Positions 25,496 through 38,560 of a stretch of 64,000 nt of DNA are shown here, piece after piece. The stretch's first letter is position 1. Each line of letters starts with the position of its first letter. The translations under genes and the position numbers were made by a program. The notes under the pieces were generated by a model that was given only the letters and a program-made list of their open reading frames with translations, was not told the DNA's origin and searched no databases. The DNA is from Mobula hypostoma (lineage: Eukaryota), in the NCBI RefSeq assembly GCF_963921235.1, contig NC_086109.1:2728001-2792000 (forward strand), read 5' to 3'.

Positions 25496-27399
25496 CACAT
25501 TACCACAGTCCTGACCAAAAGAACAGAAAAGCCAACATAAAGTGGTGGATATGGCCCAGTCCATCACAAGAAAAACCCTCCCCACCACTGAGCAGATCTA
25601 CAAGGAGCACTGCGACAAGAAAGCAACGTGCATTATCAAGGACCCCGACCATCCAGTCCATAATCTCCTTTCATTGCTGCTGTCAGAAAGGAGGTACGGA
25701 CCTCAGGTTCCACACCACCAGGTTCAGGAACAGTTACACATCAGACTCCTGAACCAGTGTGGATAACTTCACAGACCGCAACTCTGAATTGATTCCACAA
25801 CCTATGGACTCACTTTCAATGATTTCATGTTGTAGAGCATATGAGGAGCATTTGATGGCTCTGGGCCTGTACTCACTGAAATTTGGAAGATTGAGTGGAA
25901 ATTTCATTGAAACCTATCGAATGTTGAAAGACCTCGTCAGAGGACATAAGAGGACACTTCTTATGGTGGAGGGGTGTAGGACCAGAGGACACAGCCTCCA
26001 AATAGAGGAACGTCCATTTACCCTGATCCAACACCATCTCCATTTTTTTCTCCATTTGCCTCTTCCTCTGCCCACCTGACCAAACAATCTCATCTCCCGG
26101 AAATCTGAAGCTTTCATACAACAAAGCAAGGGATTGAAAGCACATCCTGTGGATTGTCAGTCATGAAGGAATTTAAAAACTGTAGAACACTGAATGAGCC
26201 AGGGAAAGGGTGAACGGTAAAAACAAATATATACTTTGTAGTGGAAGGAATGGAGGCTGCCAGTTTATGTGTGTTCGCTGTGGCCACCATTTTGTGAGCT
26301 GGCTCCCCCCGGGACGGTTTGATCAGAGCAGCAAAAAGTAGATACAGTGGGGTCGACAATCTGATAAATAAGAAATCATTTTCAAATAAAAAGCTGTTTT
26401 TGATTTCGTCGGACTGACAGGCTTATCAAAGAAACAGCCTGTGTGACCTGAGGAAGACTGAGCTGCGTATTTGATTGAACTAGGTTGAACAAAGGAAGTG
26501 ACATGGGGCAAGAACAGTAAATTAATACAGTTTGTGGCCTTGTGCGCGGGTAGAATGTGGGGGAGGTGATGGGATTAATGAAATGGTATTGCTGTAAAGT
26601 GGTGTTTGATGATCGGTGTTCACTCATGAATCAAAGGGCCGGTTTCGGTGCTGTTTGACCCCATGGACGGCAGAGGAAGTCAGAGAACGGACAAGGCAGC
26701 TGAGAGAGCAGCAGAGACGCTGAAGGAGACAAGGAGCTTCATGGATGGGAATTCCCAGTGAGAGAGCTCCAGAATGTCTGCGGAGAAGAAAGAAACAGCG
26801 GGAGGGATGGAGTTGTCAGTGCTTTCTGATTCAGGGTGTGGACAAGCAGAGAACCCAGAAGTGACTACAATGATGAAGGGTCTGCACACCCACTCAACAA
26901 GTCTCAAACATATGTTCCAGCTCTCTACTCAGAGTCCCCCATTACAACTGGTCTTGCCCACCAAACAGACATGAGAGAGCGCAGAGGAGGGAGGGATCCC
27001 ACCACGTACAGACTCTACATCTGCTTCTGGAACAATGGCAGCGTGCTCAGACACAGCGGCCACTCCGGTGTATTTGTTCATCCTGTACGTCTATTTTACA
27101 TCCACAAGTCACTGCCAGAGACTCAGAACATCAGTTACTGCAGGACTACCCCATCAGCGACTTGCTTGATATTGATGGAGCTTGACTTGTCACGTACATT
27201 TGTGCCCAGACTGTGCGCGGTCCTAAAAAGGTACGGTCGATTGCCTTGGACATTTAGTATAGTGATCACAAGACCCTGTTGAACAACAATATACTGCAAG
27301 TTTAGTTTACTCATTCTTTGGAGAGACCAATGACGGGGGAATTGCATTGACTCAGTTGTTACGTGAACAAATTGTGCTGCTGGATCTCCAGATGACCAT

Positions 27400-29199
27400 T
27401 TGGCCCATCGAGTCTGCTCTGTCATTTCATCATGGCTGATCCATTTTTCCTCTCTGCCTCAATTACTTGCCTTCCCCTTTCATGCTCTGACCAATCAAGA
27501 ATCTGTCAACCTCTGCCTTAAACATAATGAATTGGCATCCACAGCTGCCTGTAGCAACAAAAACCACTGATTCACCACTCTCTAGCTAAACAAATTCCTC
27601 CTCAACTCCATTTGAAAAGGATGCCAATCTATTTTGAGTCTGTCCCCTCTGGTCTCCAAAACTCCAACCAAAGAAAACATCCTCTCCACAGCCACTCTAT
27701 AGATACCTTTCACCATTTGGTAGATTTCAGTTAGGTCATCCTTCATTGTTCTAAATTCCATTGACTATAGGACCAGAACAGTCAAGGGCACTTGATATGA
27801 CAAGCTGATTTATCCTGGAATAATTTTCATGAACCTCCTTTGTTCCCTCTCCAGTTTCAGCACATCCTTTTTCAGATAAAGGCCCCAAAACTGCTCACAA
27901 TACTCCAGGTGTGGTCTCACCAGGGCTTTATAAAGATTAAACATTTTATCCTTTCTTTTATGTTGTAGTCCTCGTAACATGAATGCGATCAGACTCAACT
28001 TGCAACTTAACCTTTAGGGAATCCTACACAAGGACTCCTAAATCTCTCTGCACCTCAGATTTTTGTATTTTCTCTCCATTTAGATAATTGTCAGTACTTC
28101 AATGTCTTCAACCAAATTTGCATGACCATATACTTCCCAACACTGTATTCTATCTACCACTTCTTTGCCCATTCTCCTAATCTGAGTTCTTCCGTAATCT
28201 CTAATCTTCCTCAGAACTAACTGCCCTCCACCTAACTTTATATTATCTGCAAGCTTTGCAACAAATCCATCAATTCCACCATCCAAATCCTTCACATATA
28301 ATGTAAAAAGAATTAATCCCAACAGAGACCCTAATGGAACATCAATACTGACCGGCAGCCAACCTGAAAAGACTCTCTTTACTCCCACTTTTTGCCACCT
28401 GCTTTCAGCTACTGCTTTAACCATGCATGAATCTTTCTTGTAATACCATGGGCTCATACCTTGTTAAGCAGCCAGACGTGTGGCACCTTGTCAAAGGCCT
28501 TCTGAAAATCCACGTGAAACACTTTGGTTCTGTCGGCTACGTAAGTCTAGGGAAGACAATCTCCAGCCCCGGCAAACGTGTGAGATTGAGGTGCACGCCG
28601 ACCCCAAAACCCCGTTTGAGTGGATGCTGCGTGAGCTGTTACCCTGTTGCAAATAAGTACCACGAAATAACAGACAGTACACTGCATACAATTAAATGAT
28701 TTAAATTTATAATTCTTAATTGACTAAAGGGTTCGTAAAGAAAAAGCAAAAAAAAAGAGACGACCCATTTTATTGAAACAGCCTAATGTGCACAAGTTGG
28801 AGCTCACGGTTTCCCCTTCGCTGATCTTCCTTCGATCTCCCTGGGTTTCATCGAATCATGGCCCTGCTCCGGGTCGAGTCCTACGACCTCTTCTCTCCGG
28901 TGTCTTCTCCCTTCATCTCCCACCAAACCAAAGACCCAGCTCACACCGGTGTCAGGCACACAACACGAAAACTCACTCCCTTCATTAGACGTCTCTCATT
29001 CCAAAACACCCGTTATCTCTGACCATCACCCAAACACTGCTTCTACAGAAAGACCATTACGTTAGCAGTGAACCCTTTCCCAGGGTGTTACACAAGTTTA
29101 CAGCATCAACCAATTCTTTGTCTATCCTGCTTGTTTTCTCTTCAAAAAATTCCAAGAGATAGGTCAGGCAAGATTTTCTTTTGAGAGTACTATGCTGAC
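27400..29199 (-). mobile_element. Older decayed CR1 RT/3' fragments, split by an LTR insertion
   Basis: ALVRPHLEYC, LGSLLGLILF, DFQKAFDKVPH and SCLTYLLEFFEE remnants. Confidence 0.8.
28515..29092. mobile_element. Solo LTR, 578 bp
   Basis: TG...TGTTACA ends; 4-bp TSD cacg/caag splitting the CR1 sequence DAVNL|DFQKAF. Confidence 0.75.
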
Positions 29200-29480
29200 T
29201 ATAGAACATAGAATAGTACAGCACAGTACAGGCCCTTGACATTTTGCTCTGCTGTGTGATGAACTGAGGCTGAGGCTGCGGCCTGCTCCGGATGCTCTCT
29301 GGGCTCACTTTCATTCTGAATGCTTTGGCTGCCTTTTATTGTTTGCAGGATTGGTGTGTTGTCTCTCTCTCTCTCTCTGCACATTGGGTGTTCGTTGTCG
29401 TTCTGTTTCATGGGTTCTTTTGAGATTCTTGTTTAGTGACTGTCCATAAGGAGATGAATCTCAAGCTTGTATAATATATG

Positions 29481-29944
29481 TGTTACACTCGCTTCACCTA
29501 GTGGCTTAATATAGGGGGCGATAACCCCCTGCCCTGCCAAACTTAAGAAATCTCGTTTGGGTGGATGCTGCGCGATATGTCCCCTGTTACAAATCAGTAC
29601 CCCGAAATAACAAAGAGTACACAATATGTGACTAAACAATTAAGCTTTATAACTCTTAATTTGACTATATGGTTAGTAGAGAAACAAAATATAGAAGAAA
29701 GCCGGCCCAAATTATATTAACCTTTCTGTGCACGCAAAGTTGGAGCTCACGGTGTCCCCTTCGCTGATCCTCCTTCGATCGTCCCTGCCCTTCGGTCCCT
29801 CGCTCCGAGTCCACCCCATCCGGCAGACTACCAAATCACTCCATGCGTGTTTTCTCTCTTCATCTCTCCCTCTCCCTCTAGCAAAAGCCAGTGAAAACAG
29901 CTGCTTCCAGAATCACCAGACACAGCCACAAAACTCGTATGTAT
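29481..29944. mobile_element. Related LTR-like fragment with a non-clean right junction
   Basis: Starts tgttacac and shares gggtggatgctgcg...gtacc..gaaataaca...caagttggagctcacgg with 28515-29092. Confidence 0.6.
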
Positions 29945-32900
29945 ATAGTTGTACTAAAATCCATATAGATCACATCCACTGCACAACCCTCATCCATATG
30001 CCTGGTCACCTCCTCAAAGAACTCTATGCGGCTTGTTAGACATGATCTGCCCTTCACAAAGCCATGCTGACTGTTCCTGATCAGACCATGATTCTCTAAA
30101 TGCCCAGAGATCCTACCTCTAAGAATCTTTTCCAACAGCTTTCCCAGCACTGACATAAGGCTCACTGTTCTATAATTATCCAGACTATCCCTACTACCTT
30201 TTTTGAACAAGGGGACAACATTCGCCTCTCTCCAATCCTCCGGTACCATTCCCGTGGACAACGAGGACATAAAGATCCTAGCCAGAGGCTCAGCAATCTC
30301 TTCTCTCGCCTCATAGAGCAGCCTGGGGAATATCCTGTCAGGCCCCGGGGACTTATCTGTCCTAATGTATTTTAACAACTCCAACACCTCCTCTCCCTTA
30401 ATATCAACATGCTCCAGAACATCAACCTCACTCATATTGTCCTCACCATCATCAAGTTCCCTCTCATTGGTGAATACCGAGGAGAAGTATTCATTGAGGA
30501 CCTCGCTCACTTCCACAGCATCCAGGCACATCTTCCCACCTTTATCTCTAATCAGTCCTACCTTCACTCCTGTCATCCTTTTTTTCTTCACATAATTGAA
30601 GAATGCCTTGGGGTTTTCCTTTACCCTACTCGCCAAGGCCTTCTCATGCCCTCTTCTTGCTCTTCTCAGCCCCTTCTTAAGCTCCTTTCTTGATTCCCTA
30701 TATTCATCAATAGACCCATCTGATCCTTGCTTCCTAAACCTCATGTATGCTGCCTTCTTCCACCTGACTAGATTTTCTACCTCACTTGTCACCCATGGTT
30801 CCTTCACCTTACCATTCTAAGTCTTCCTCACCCGGACAAATTTATCCCTAACATCCTGCAAGAGATCTCTAAACATCGACCACATGTCCATAGTACATTT
30901 CCCTGCAAAAACATCATCCCAATTCATACCCGCAAGTTCTCGTCTTATAGCCTCATAATTTGCCCTTCCCTAATTAAAAATTTTCCTGTCTTCTTTGATT
31001 CTATCCTTTTCCATGATAATGCTAAAGGCCAGGGAGCGGTGGTCACTGTCCCCCAGATGCTCACCCACTGAGAGATCTGTGACCTGATCCGGTTCATTAC
31101 CGAGTACTAGATCTAGTATGGCATTCCCCCTGGTCGGCCTGTCTACATACTGTGACAGGAATCCATCTTGGACACAATTAACAAACTCTGCCCCATCTAA
31201 ACCCTTGGAACTAATCAGGTGCCAATCAATATTAGGGAAGTTAAAGTCACCCATGATAACAACCCTGTTGTTTTTGCACCTTTCGAAAATTTGCCTCCCA
31301 ATCTGCTCCTCTGTATCTCTGCTGCTACCAGGGGGCCTATAGAATACCCCCAATAGAGTAACTGCTCCCTTCCTGTTCCTGACTTCCACCCATATTGACT
31401 CAAAAGAGTATCCTGCTACATTACCAACTCTTTGTGCAGCTGTAATAGTACCCCTGACCAGTAATGCCACCCCTCCTCCCCTTTCCCCCCACCTCTATCC
31501 CTTTAAAGCACTGAAATCCAGGAATATTGAGAATCCATTCCTGAACTGGTGCCAGCCAAGTCTCTGTCATGGCCACTACATCATAATTCCATGTATGTAT
31601 CCAAGCTCTCAGTTCATCACCTTCGTTCCTGATGCTTCTTGCATTGAGGTACACACATTTCAGCCCTTCTACCTTACTGTCCTTACACCGTTTATTCTGC
31701 TTCTCTTTCCTCAAAGCCTCTCTGTATGTTAGATCTGGCTTTACTCCATGCACTTCTTTCACTGCTCTATCGCTCTGGGTCCCATCCCCCTTGCAAATTA
31801 GTTTAAACCCTCCCGAACCATGCTAGCAAACCTACCTGCAAGGATATTGCTCCCCCTCGAGTTCAAGTGGAACCCATCCAATCTGTACAGGTCCCACCTT
31901 CCCCAGAAGAGATCCCAATGATCCAAAAATCTAAAACCCTGCTCCCTGCAACAACTCCTCAGCCATGCATTCAACTGCCATCTCCTCCAATTCTTACCAT
32001 CTCTGTCACGTAGCACTGGCAGCAATCCTGAGAACGTCACCCTTGAGGTCCTGTAATTCAGCCTTCTGCCTAGTTCCCGAAACTCATCCCTCTTCCTGCC
32101 TATGTCGTTCGTACCAACATGTATCGCGACTTCTGGTTGCTTTCCCTCTCGCACCAGGATGTCGTGCACTCGATCAGAGGCATCCCGGACACTGGCACCC
32201 AGGAGGCAACAAACCATGCGGGTGTCCTTCTCACAAAGTCTCCTGTCTGCTCCCCTGACTAAAGAGTCTCGAATGACTACAGCTCTCCTCTTCTCCATCC
32301 CATCCTTCTGCACCACTGGGTCAGACTCAATTCCGGAGGCCCTACCACCGTGGCTCACACCTGGTCGGTCGTCCCCGCCAACAGAATCCAGGACGGTAAA
32401 CTTATTATTCAGGGGAATGGCTACAGGGGTGCTCTGCACTACCTGTCTGCTCACCTTCGCCTTCCCCCCTCTGACTGTCACCCAACAACCTGCTTCTGAC
32501 AGCCTAGGTGTGACTACCTCCCTGTAGCTCTCATCTATGACTGCCTCATTCTCCCTTATGAGTCGAAGGTCATCCAGCTGCTGCTCCAGATTCCTTACAC
32601 GGTCTTCCAGATCGCCCAGCCGCATGCACTTCTGGCAGATGTGACTCTGCGGGAGAGGGGCGTTCCCCCAAGACTGCCACATCTCACATGAGAGGCACAT
32701 CACTGTCTCAGGGGGCATTGTGAAGACTAACTGCGAGCTAGCTTGTCCTCCGCCTCTTCTCGTTGAAGCCTCTCGAGTCAAAGCCTCAAAGCTCCACTCC
32801 TTCACTGGCCCACTCACTCACTGGCCGCTTTCCACAGGGCCGCTCCGCTTGAGCTACCCCTCTATTTATCTGTTTGAGCTTTCCAAAATGCTTGGTCACC

Positions 32901-33095
32901 TGACCTCGACTGCCCAATCAGCTGCTTTCTGCTGAGTCTGAGCTATTCAAATATTGATTGTCTAATCAGCGGCTTTCTGCTGATCTATTCAAATCCTGAT
33001 TGACTTGATTGCACAGACCAACTGCCAAAACTGCCAGACTCTCTCGAGTCAAAGCCTCAAAGCTCCACTCCTTCACTGGCCCACTCACGCACTGA
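29945..33095 (-). mobile_element. CR1 LINE with 5' UTR, intact ORF1 (339 aa; zinc finger, coiled coil, GDSL esterase) and 3'-truncated ORF2; same family as 15481-18296
   Basis: ORF1 31798-32817 (CLSCEMW...CQKC, VHVGTND, HLNSRG); EN 30970-31762; RT to DFS at ~29950. A short tail of the same family lies at ~29200-29237. Confidence 0.92.
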
Positions 33096-33886
33096 AAAAG
33101 ATGAGATTATGAACAGATGGACTGGGTATATTCAGGAATTGTTTGAAGATGATCGAGGCGAAAAACCAGAAATTAAGAAAAACACTGAAGGTCCTTTTAA
33201 AATCTAAAATTCGTAATGCAATAAATAAGATGAAGAAAGGAAAGGCAGCAGGTCCTGATGAATTAGTAATAGAACAAATTATTGCCCTTGAAGATTATAG
33301 AATTGAAAAACTTACTGATTTAATCAATGACATTTATGAGACTGGAATAATACCAGAAGAGATGGAAAAATCAGTATTTATCACTCTTCCTAAGAAACCT
33401 GGAGCAATAGAATGTGAACTACATAGGATTATAAGTTCAATGAGTCATATCACCAAGATACTTCTGAGAACTTTGATGACAGAGCTAAAAGTAAGATACA
33501 AGCTGAAGTAGGTAAAGAACAATGTGGTTTTGTGAAAGACGAAGTTACAAGAAACATAATATTGATGTTAAGGATACGTTCAGAACGAGCTATTCAAGTG
33601 CAAAAGGATTTGTTTGTTTTATTGACTACACAAAAGCATTTGATAAAGTGAAGCACAATAAGTTATTTGAAATATTACAGAAAGCCCTAGATTTAGATTC
33701 GAAAGACCTCCGCCTAATCATAAATCTGTACTGGGAACAAACTGCTGCTGTAAGAATAGATGGAGAAGTAAGTCAGTTTACGAAAATCAAGAGAGGCATT
33801 AGACAAGGGTGTGTTTTCTCACCTGACTTATTTAATGTGTACAGTGAAACAATATTACAAAAAATAAGGGACATCTTGGGAATCAA

Positions 33887-36491
33887 TCCACACACATCAA
33901 AGTTGCTGGTAAACGCAGCAGGCCAGGCAGCATCTCTAGGAAGCGGTACAGTGGACGTTTCGGGCTGAGACCCTTCGCCAGGACTAACTGAAGGAAGAGT
34001 TAGTAAGAGATTTGAAAGTGGGAGGGGGAGGGGGAGATCCAAAATGATACGAGAAGACAGGAGGGGGAAGGATGGAGCCAAGAGCTGGACAGTTGATTGG
34101 CAAAGGGGATATGAGAGGATCAGGGAACAGGAGGTCCCGGGAGAAAGACAGGGGGGAGGGGGAAAAAAACAAACAAACCCGGAGGATGGGCAAGGGGTAT
34201 AGTCAGAGGGACAGAGGGAGAAAAAGGAGAGAGAGAAAGAATGTGTGTATATAAATAAATAAACCCACTGATAAGGGGGGTGCTGTTGTAGTCTGGCGTA
34301 CTGACCTCTACCTTGCCGAGGCACAGTGACAACTCGCGGATACCTCCTCTTATTTACCCCTCGATTGTGACCCCACTAAGGAGCACCAGGTCATTGTCTC
34401 CCACACTATCAACGACTTTATCCGCTCAGGGGATCTCCCATCCACTGCTACCAACCTTATAGTTTCCACACCTCGCACTTCCCGTTTCTACCTCCTACCC
34501 AAGATCCACAAACCTGCCTGTCCTGGCAGACCTATTGTCTCAGCTTGCTCCTGCCCCACTGAACTCGTTTCTGCATACCTCGACACAGTTTTATCCCCCC
34601 TTGTTCAATCCCTTCCGACCTATGTTCGTGACACTTCTCACGCTCTTAAACTTTTCGATGATTTTAAGTTCCCTGGCCCCCACCACTTTATTTTCACCAT
34701 GGATATCCAGTCCCTATATACTTCCATCCCCCACCAGGAAGGTCTCAAAACTCTCTGCTACTTTTTGGATTCCAGACCTAATCAGTTCCCCTCTACCACC
34801 ACTCTGCTCTGTCTAGCGGAATTAGTCCTTACTCTTAATAATTTCTCCTTTGGCTCCTCCCACTTCCTCCAAACTAAAGGTGTAGCTATGGGCACCCGTA
34901 TGGGTCCTAGCTATGCCCGCCTTTTTGTTGGGTTTGTGGAACAATCTATGTTACAAACCTATTCTGGTATCTGTCCCCCACTTTTCCTTCGCTACATCGA
35001 CGACTACATTGGCGTTGCTTCCTGCACGCATGCTGAGCTCGTTGACTTCATTAACTTTGCCTCCAACTTTCACCCTGCCCTCAAGTTTACCTGGTCCATT
35101 TCCAACACCTCCCTCCCCTTTCTAGATCTTTCTGTCTCTATCTCTGGAGACAGCTCATCTACTGATGTCTACTATAAGCCTGCTGACTCTCACAGCTATC
35201 TGGACTATTCCTCTTCTCACCCTGTCTCTTGCAAAAATGCCATCCCCTTCTCGCAATTCCTCTGACTCCACCGCATCTGCTCTCAGGATGAGGCTTTTCA
35301 TTCCAGGACGAGGGAGATGTCTTCATTTTTTTAAAGAAAGGTGCTTCCCTTCCTCCACCATCAACTCTGCTCTCAAACGCATCTCCCCCATTTCAGGCTC
35401 ATCTGCTCTCACTCCATCCTCCCGTCACCCCACTAGGAATAGGGTTCCCCTGGTCCTCACCTACCACCCCACCAGCCTCTGAGTCCAACATATTATTCTC
35501 CGTAACTTCCGCCACCTCCAACGGGATCCCACCACTAAGCACATCTTTCCCTCCCCCCCCTCTGCATTCCGCAGGGATCGCTCCCTACGCGACTCCCTTG
35601 TCCATTCGTCCCCCCCATCCCTTCCCACCGATCTGCCTCCTGGCACTTATCCTTGTAAGCGGAACAAGTGCTACACATGCCCTTACACTTCCCCCCTTAC
35701 CACCATTCAGGGCCCCAGACAGTCCTTCCAGGTGAGGCGACACTTCACCTGTGAGTCAGCTGGGGTGATATACTGCGTCCGGTGCTCCCGATGTGGCTTT
35801 CTATATATTGGCGAGACCCGACGCAGACTGGGAGATCGTTTTGCTGAACACCTACGCTCTGTCTGCCAGAGAAAGCAGGATCTCCCAGTGGCCACACATT
35901 TTAATTCCACATCTCATTTTCATTCTGATACGTCTATCCACGGCCTCCTCTACTGTAAAGATGAAGCCACACTCAGGTTGGAGGAACAACACCTAGTATT
36001 CTGTCTGGGTAGCCTCCAACCTGATGGCATGAACATTGACTTCTCTAACTTCTGCTAATGCCCCACCTCCCACTCGTACCCCATCCGTTATTTATTTATA
36101 TACACACATTCTTTCTCTCTCTGTCCTTGTTCTCCCTCTGTCCCTCTGACTATACCCCTTGCCCATCCTCTGGATTTTTCCCCCCTCCCCCTTTTCCTTC
36201 TCCCTGGGCCTCCTGACCCATGATCCTCTCATATCCCTTTTGCCAATCACCTGTCCAGCTCTTGGCTCCATCCCTCCCCCTCCTGTCTTCTCCTATCATT
36301 TTGCATCTCCCTCTCCTCCTCCCACTTTCAAATCTCTTACTAGCTCTTCCTTCAGTTAGTCCTGACGAAGGGTCTCGGCCCGAAACGTCGACTGTACCTC
36401 TTCCTAGAGATGCTGCCTGGCCTGCTGCGTTCACCAGCAACTTTGATGTGTGTGACTTGAATTTCCAGCATCTGCAGAATTCCTCGTGTTA
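33887..36491 (+). mobile_element. Penelope-like element with RT, GIY-YIG endonuclease and inverted pseudo-LTRs
   Basis: MDIQSLYTSIP, GVAMGT, LRYIDD (34699-35265); GVIYCVRC...YIGET...RFAEH (35732-36058); pLTR 36057-36491 (+) and an inverted copy ~33887-34290; 16-bp TSD acatcttgggaatcaa/acgtcttgggaatcaa. Confidence 0.92.
36358..36393 (+). ncRNA. Minimal type I hammerhead ribozyme in the Penelope pLTR
   Basis: agtc-CTGACGA-a-ggg tctcgg ccc-GAAAC-GTC-gact: both conserved boxes, stem I agtc/gact, stem II ggg/ccc, palindromic ACGT stem III. Predicted cut after 36389. Confidence 0.75.
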
Positions 36492-37329
36492 ACGTCTTGG
36501 GAATCAAAATTGGCAGTAAAAACATCAGTAATTTCAGATATGCAGATGACACTGTGTTAATTGCAAGTACGAAGGAAGAACTACAAAACTTAATTGAAAT
36601 AATTGTTGAAGAAAGTGCAAAAATGGGTCTATCTTTCAATTGCAAAAGGACAGAATGTATGGTGATATCCAAAAAGAAGGAGAATCCTATCTGCAGACTG
36701 GGAATGAACGGGGAAGACATAAAACAAGTAAAGAACTTTTGCTACTTAGGAAACTGGGTGACATCAGATGGCAGGTGCGACATGGACATCAAAAGAAAAA
36801 TAGTGATGGCAAAAGATACCCTTACGAGAATGAAGAATATACTGACCAATACTTAACAAGGCATGACAACCCACCTCAGAGTACTGAAATGTTATGTTTA
36901 TCCAGTTATGTTATATGGCTCAGAATGTTGGACAATATCTAGTAACATGAGGAAACAAATTGTAGCAGCAGAGATGTTGTTCTTGAGGAGGATGCAAAGA
37001 ATATCATGGACGAAACGAATATCTAATGAGAATGTCATGAACAGAGCAAACACAAAAAGAGAAATAATGTATGAGATCATGAAAAGGCAACGTAACTTCA
37101 TTGGACGTGTGATTAGGAAAGAGGAGTTAGAATGCACGGTAATTATGGGAAAGATTGAAGGGAAGAAAGCAAGAGGAAGACAAAGACAAATGATGATGGA
37201 GACAGCAGCCAGAGAACTGGAAATGAATACCAATGAATTGATCCACTTGACCCGAAACAGGAGTGTGTGGGCCATGGCAGTCAAAGCTCAAACTGGGCAC
37301 AGCAACTGAAGATGATGATGATCATATGA

Positions 37330-37775
37330 GAAACATTTGATGGGTATGGGTTTGTACTCGCTGGAATTCAGAAGGATGAGGGGGGATCTCATATGAAACC
37401 TTTTGAACGTTGAAAGGCCTAGACAGAGTACATGTGGAAGGAAAGTTTCCCATGGTGGGAAAGTCTAGGACAAGAGGGCACAGCCTCAGCATAGAGGGGC
37501 GCTCTTACAAAACAGAGATTCGGTGAAATTTCTTTAGCCAAAGGGTGGTGAATTTGTGGAATTTGTTGCCACATGCAGCTGTGGAGGCCAGATCGTTGGA
37601 TATATTTAAGGCAGAGATTGATACGTTCTTGATTGGACATATCATCAAAGGTTACGGGGAGAAGTCTGGGAACTGGGGTTGAGAAGGAGAGAAAAAAAAT
37701 CCACCATGATTGAATAGTGGAGCAGGCTTGATGGGCCAGATGGCCTAATTCTGCTCCTATGTCTTATGGTCTTAC
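37330..37775 (+). mobile_element. CR1 3' fragment
   Basis: LGLYSLEFRRMRGDL-like remnant and ggcctaattctgctcctatgtcttatggtctt tail. Confidence 0.8.
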
Positions 37776-38244
37776 GGCCTTATTCATTTATTTATGAACT
37801 GCAGTAGAAGTTGGGGTAAATAGATCAATGATTTACAGGGGACATGTTCCCACAAAATCTGTTCTGCTGCAGAAGGCTAGTGACAGCTGTTAAACTAATA
37901 TTCAATACCTACAAAGCACAGCAGGAAAGAGGGGCCAAGCTTTTGTCCCGTAGACCTCACCCCAACGGTGGGACTCAGAGGACCCCAGTATCACCCACCC
38001 ACCAGTCCATATTCAATCCCCCCTGAGAGTCTGTGCCATTCAGCAAGAAGAAGGATCATCGTAGACTGTCCAGGGGCTCTGTCCTCAGCCCATCCACGAT
38101 GGCGTCTGGCACGGTACATTACTGCTTCACAGTCAGTGGGGTGAGTCTGCAAACTACAACAGAAACACAAGTTGTCAGTCCACAATGGGTGAGTTAAGGG
38201 AAACAGAGACAGGACACACTGTGTCAGGGAGTCAGAGATTGGGA

Positions 38245-38560
38245 CACCCAGAGACAGGACCCAGGAAAAGGGAGATACAAACCAGGACGCAGACAGGAAG
38301 ATACAGACCAGGACACAGGGACAGGGTAATACAGACCAGGACACAGACAGGGAGATACAGACCAGGACCCAGGGACAGGGTAACACAGACCAGGACACAG
38401 ACAGGGTAATACAGACCAGGATCCAGGGACAGGAAATACAGACCAGGACCCAGGGACAGGAAGTACAGACCAGGACACAGAGACAGGGAAATACAGACCA
38501 AAACATCAAGACAATGAGATACAGACCAGGGCCCAGTTAGGGAGCTACAGACCAGGACGA
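38245..38560 (+). repeat. ~20-bp minisatellite (atacagaccaggac.cagggacagg); a second short array at ~38865-39060
   Basis: Direct tandem units with variable length and no unique spacers. Confidence 0.85.

Larger units (their letters stand above)
18297..26690 (+). repeat. Spacer unit U1, with Rex1 and CR1 insertions and an internal ~0.45 kb deletion at ~26545
   Basis: Colinear with U0 and U2. The junction ccttgtgc|gcgggtagaatg skips sequence present in the other units. Confidence 0.9.
33096..37320 (+). mobile_element. RTE-clade LINE (frameshifted), split by Penelope
   Basis: KAAGPD, FITLPKK, CFIDYTKAFDKVKH, RQGCVFSPDLFN | RYADDTVL, YPVMLYGSECW; (GAT)n tail at ~37310. Confidence 0.9.

Noticed and set aside
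38245-38560. CRISPR-like repeat array
   Set aside because: The units are contiguous with no unique spacers and the context is vertebrate; it is a minisatellite.
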